DNA of 64,000 nt. Origin: Podarcis melisellensis (taxonomy: Eukaryota). How positions within the stretch are numbered: the first letter of the stretch is position 1; each line of letters begins with the position of its first letter. The notes under the pieces are model-generated. The model worked only from the letters and a program-made list of their open reading frames with translations. It had not been told where the DNA came from and searched no databases. Positions 63,326 to 64,000 of this stretch are shown in pieces. The position numbers and the translations under genes were made by a program. The stretch lies in NCBI GenBank assembly GCA_964234715.1, contig OZ174281.1. One strand, given 5' to 3'.

Positions 63326-63485
63326 GGAAGGGCCATAGCTCAGTGATAGAGCATCTGCTTTCCTTGCAGAAGGTTCCAGGTTCAGTTTTCAGCACCTGTG
63401 GTTTCTTGATGCCCCTGTCTCTTCATGTAGACAATTCTGAGCTAGATGCACCCATGGTCTGACTCAGTATAAAGCATCTTCCTGT
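63326..63485 (+). mobile_element. tRNA-headed SINE with CR1-like tail (related copies near 1862-2010, 8295-8478, 33440-33630, 49295-49390, 60962-61150)
   Basis: GGGCCATAGCTCAGTGATAGAGCA tRNA-like head and CTGAGCTAGATG...TGACTCAGTATAAAGCA tail shared among copies. Confidence 0.7.
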
Positions 63486-64000
63486 GCGTAATTATCTGAG
63501 ACAATGTTTACATGAATAAAGGGAAGCAGCATCAGGTGCCTCCATAGGGGGTTGTTAATAAGAACATGTTGTACTTCTGTGCAGTTTTATATTCTTCCAC
63601 TTTATTACTGTAGTAGCGTTTCTTAAGTTTTCCCAAGCAGGAGAATGGTTCTCAGCGGCGCTCCTCCCACCCCAGGTGTTCAGCGAATTACAAGTCTATT
63701 TTAATACCCTCCTGTATTTACTTGAAAATACACAGTATTTGAGTATGAGTTCAATAGAGTGAACTTGTAATGTTCCGTCCTATATGGCATTCTAAAGAAC
63801 ATTTTCCTAGACCAGTAGTTGCTTTTGGACTCAGATGAAATTCCTAACACGTCACCCACTTCACTTGCCACTTCAATGGAGGGGGCTATTCTCTTACCAC
63901 TCGCTTAACTCTCACTGGTAGAGGAACTCTGTATGAACTCTGGTTCTAGCCTTATATTATGGACACTCCATGGCCCAGTGTTACTGACATGCCATAAAAC

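Noticed and set aside
63326-63400. tRNA gene
   Set aside because: The tRNA-like head is degenerate, continues into a SINE body and recurs in several decayed copies.

Overview
AT-rich vertebrate genomic DNA. The repeat content (Sauria-type SINEs, BovB, CR1, L2, L1, Penelope relics, hAT and Harbinger-like MITEs) points to a squamate, most likely a lacertid lizard. No cellular gene is recognisable from the ORF track. The window looks like intron, and splice signals (especially a 9-nt microexon at 14756-14764) suggest a host gene on the minus strand. Two very young LTR retrotransposons dominate, each with identical LTRs and a perfect 5-bp TSD. (1) A Ty3/Gypsy Mag-like element (9410-14360) with a complete gag-PR-RT-RH-IN frame broken by one TAG and non-canonical TG...TA ends. 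(2) The most unusual object: a 4001-bp Ty1/Copia element (39396-43396) whose uninterrupted 895-aa ORF keeps Gag and protease, has an integrase lacking its HH zinc ligands and catalytic Glu (DD35V), and has no reverse transcriptase. It looks like a recently mobilised, protein-coding but non-autonomous Copia. A young 1.67-kb L1 derivative with both ends but no long ORF (34109-35780) is also present. All calls were made by eye, without database searches.
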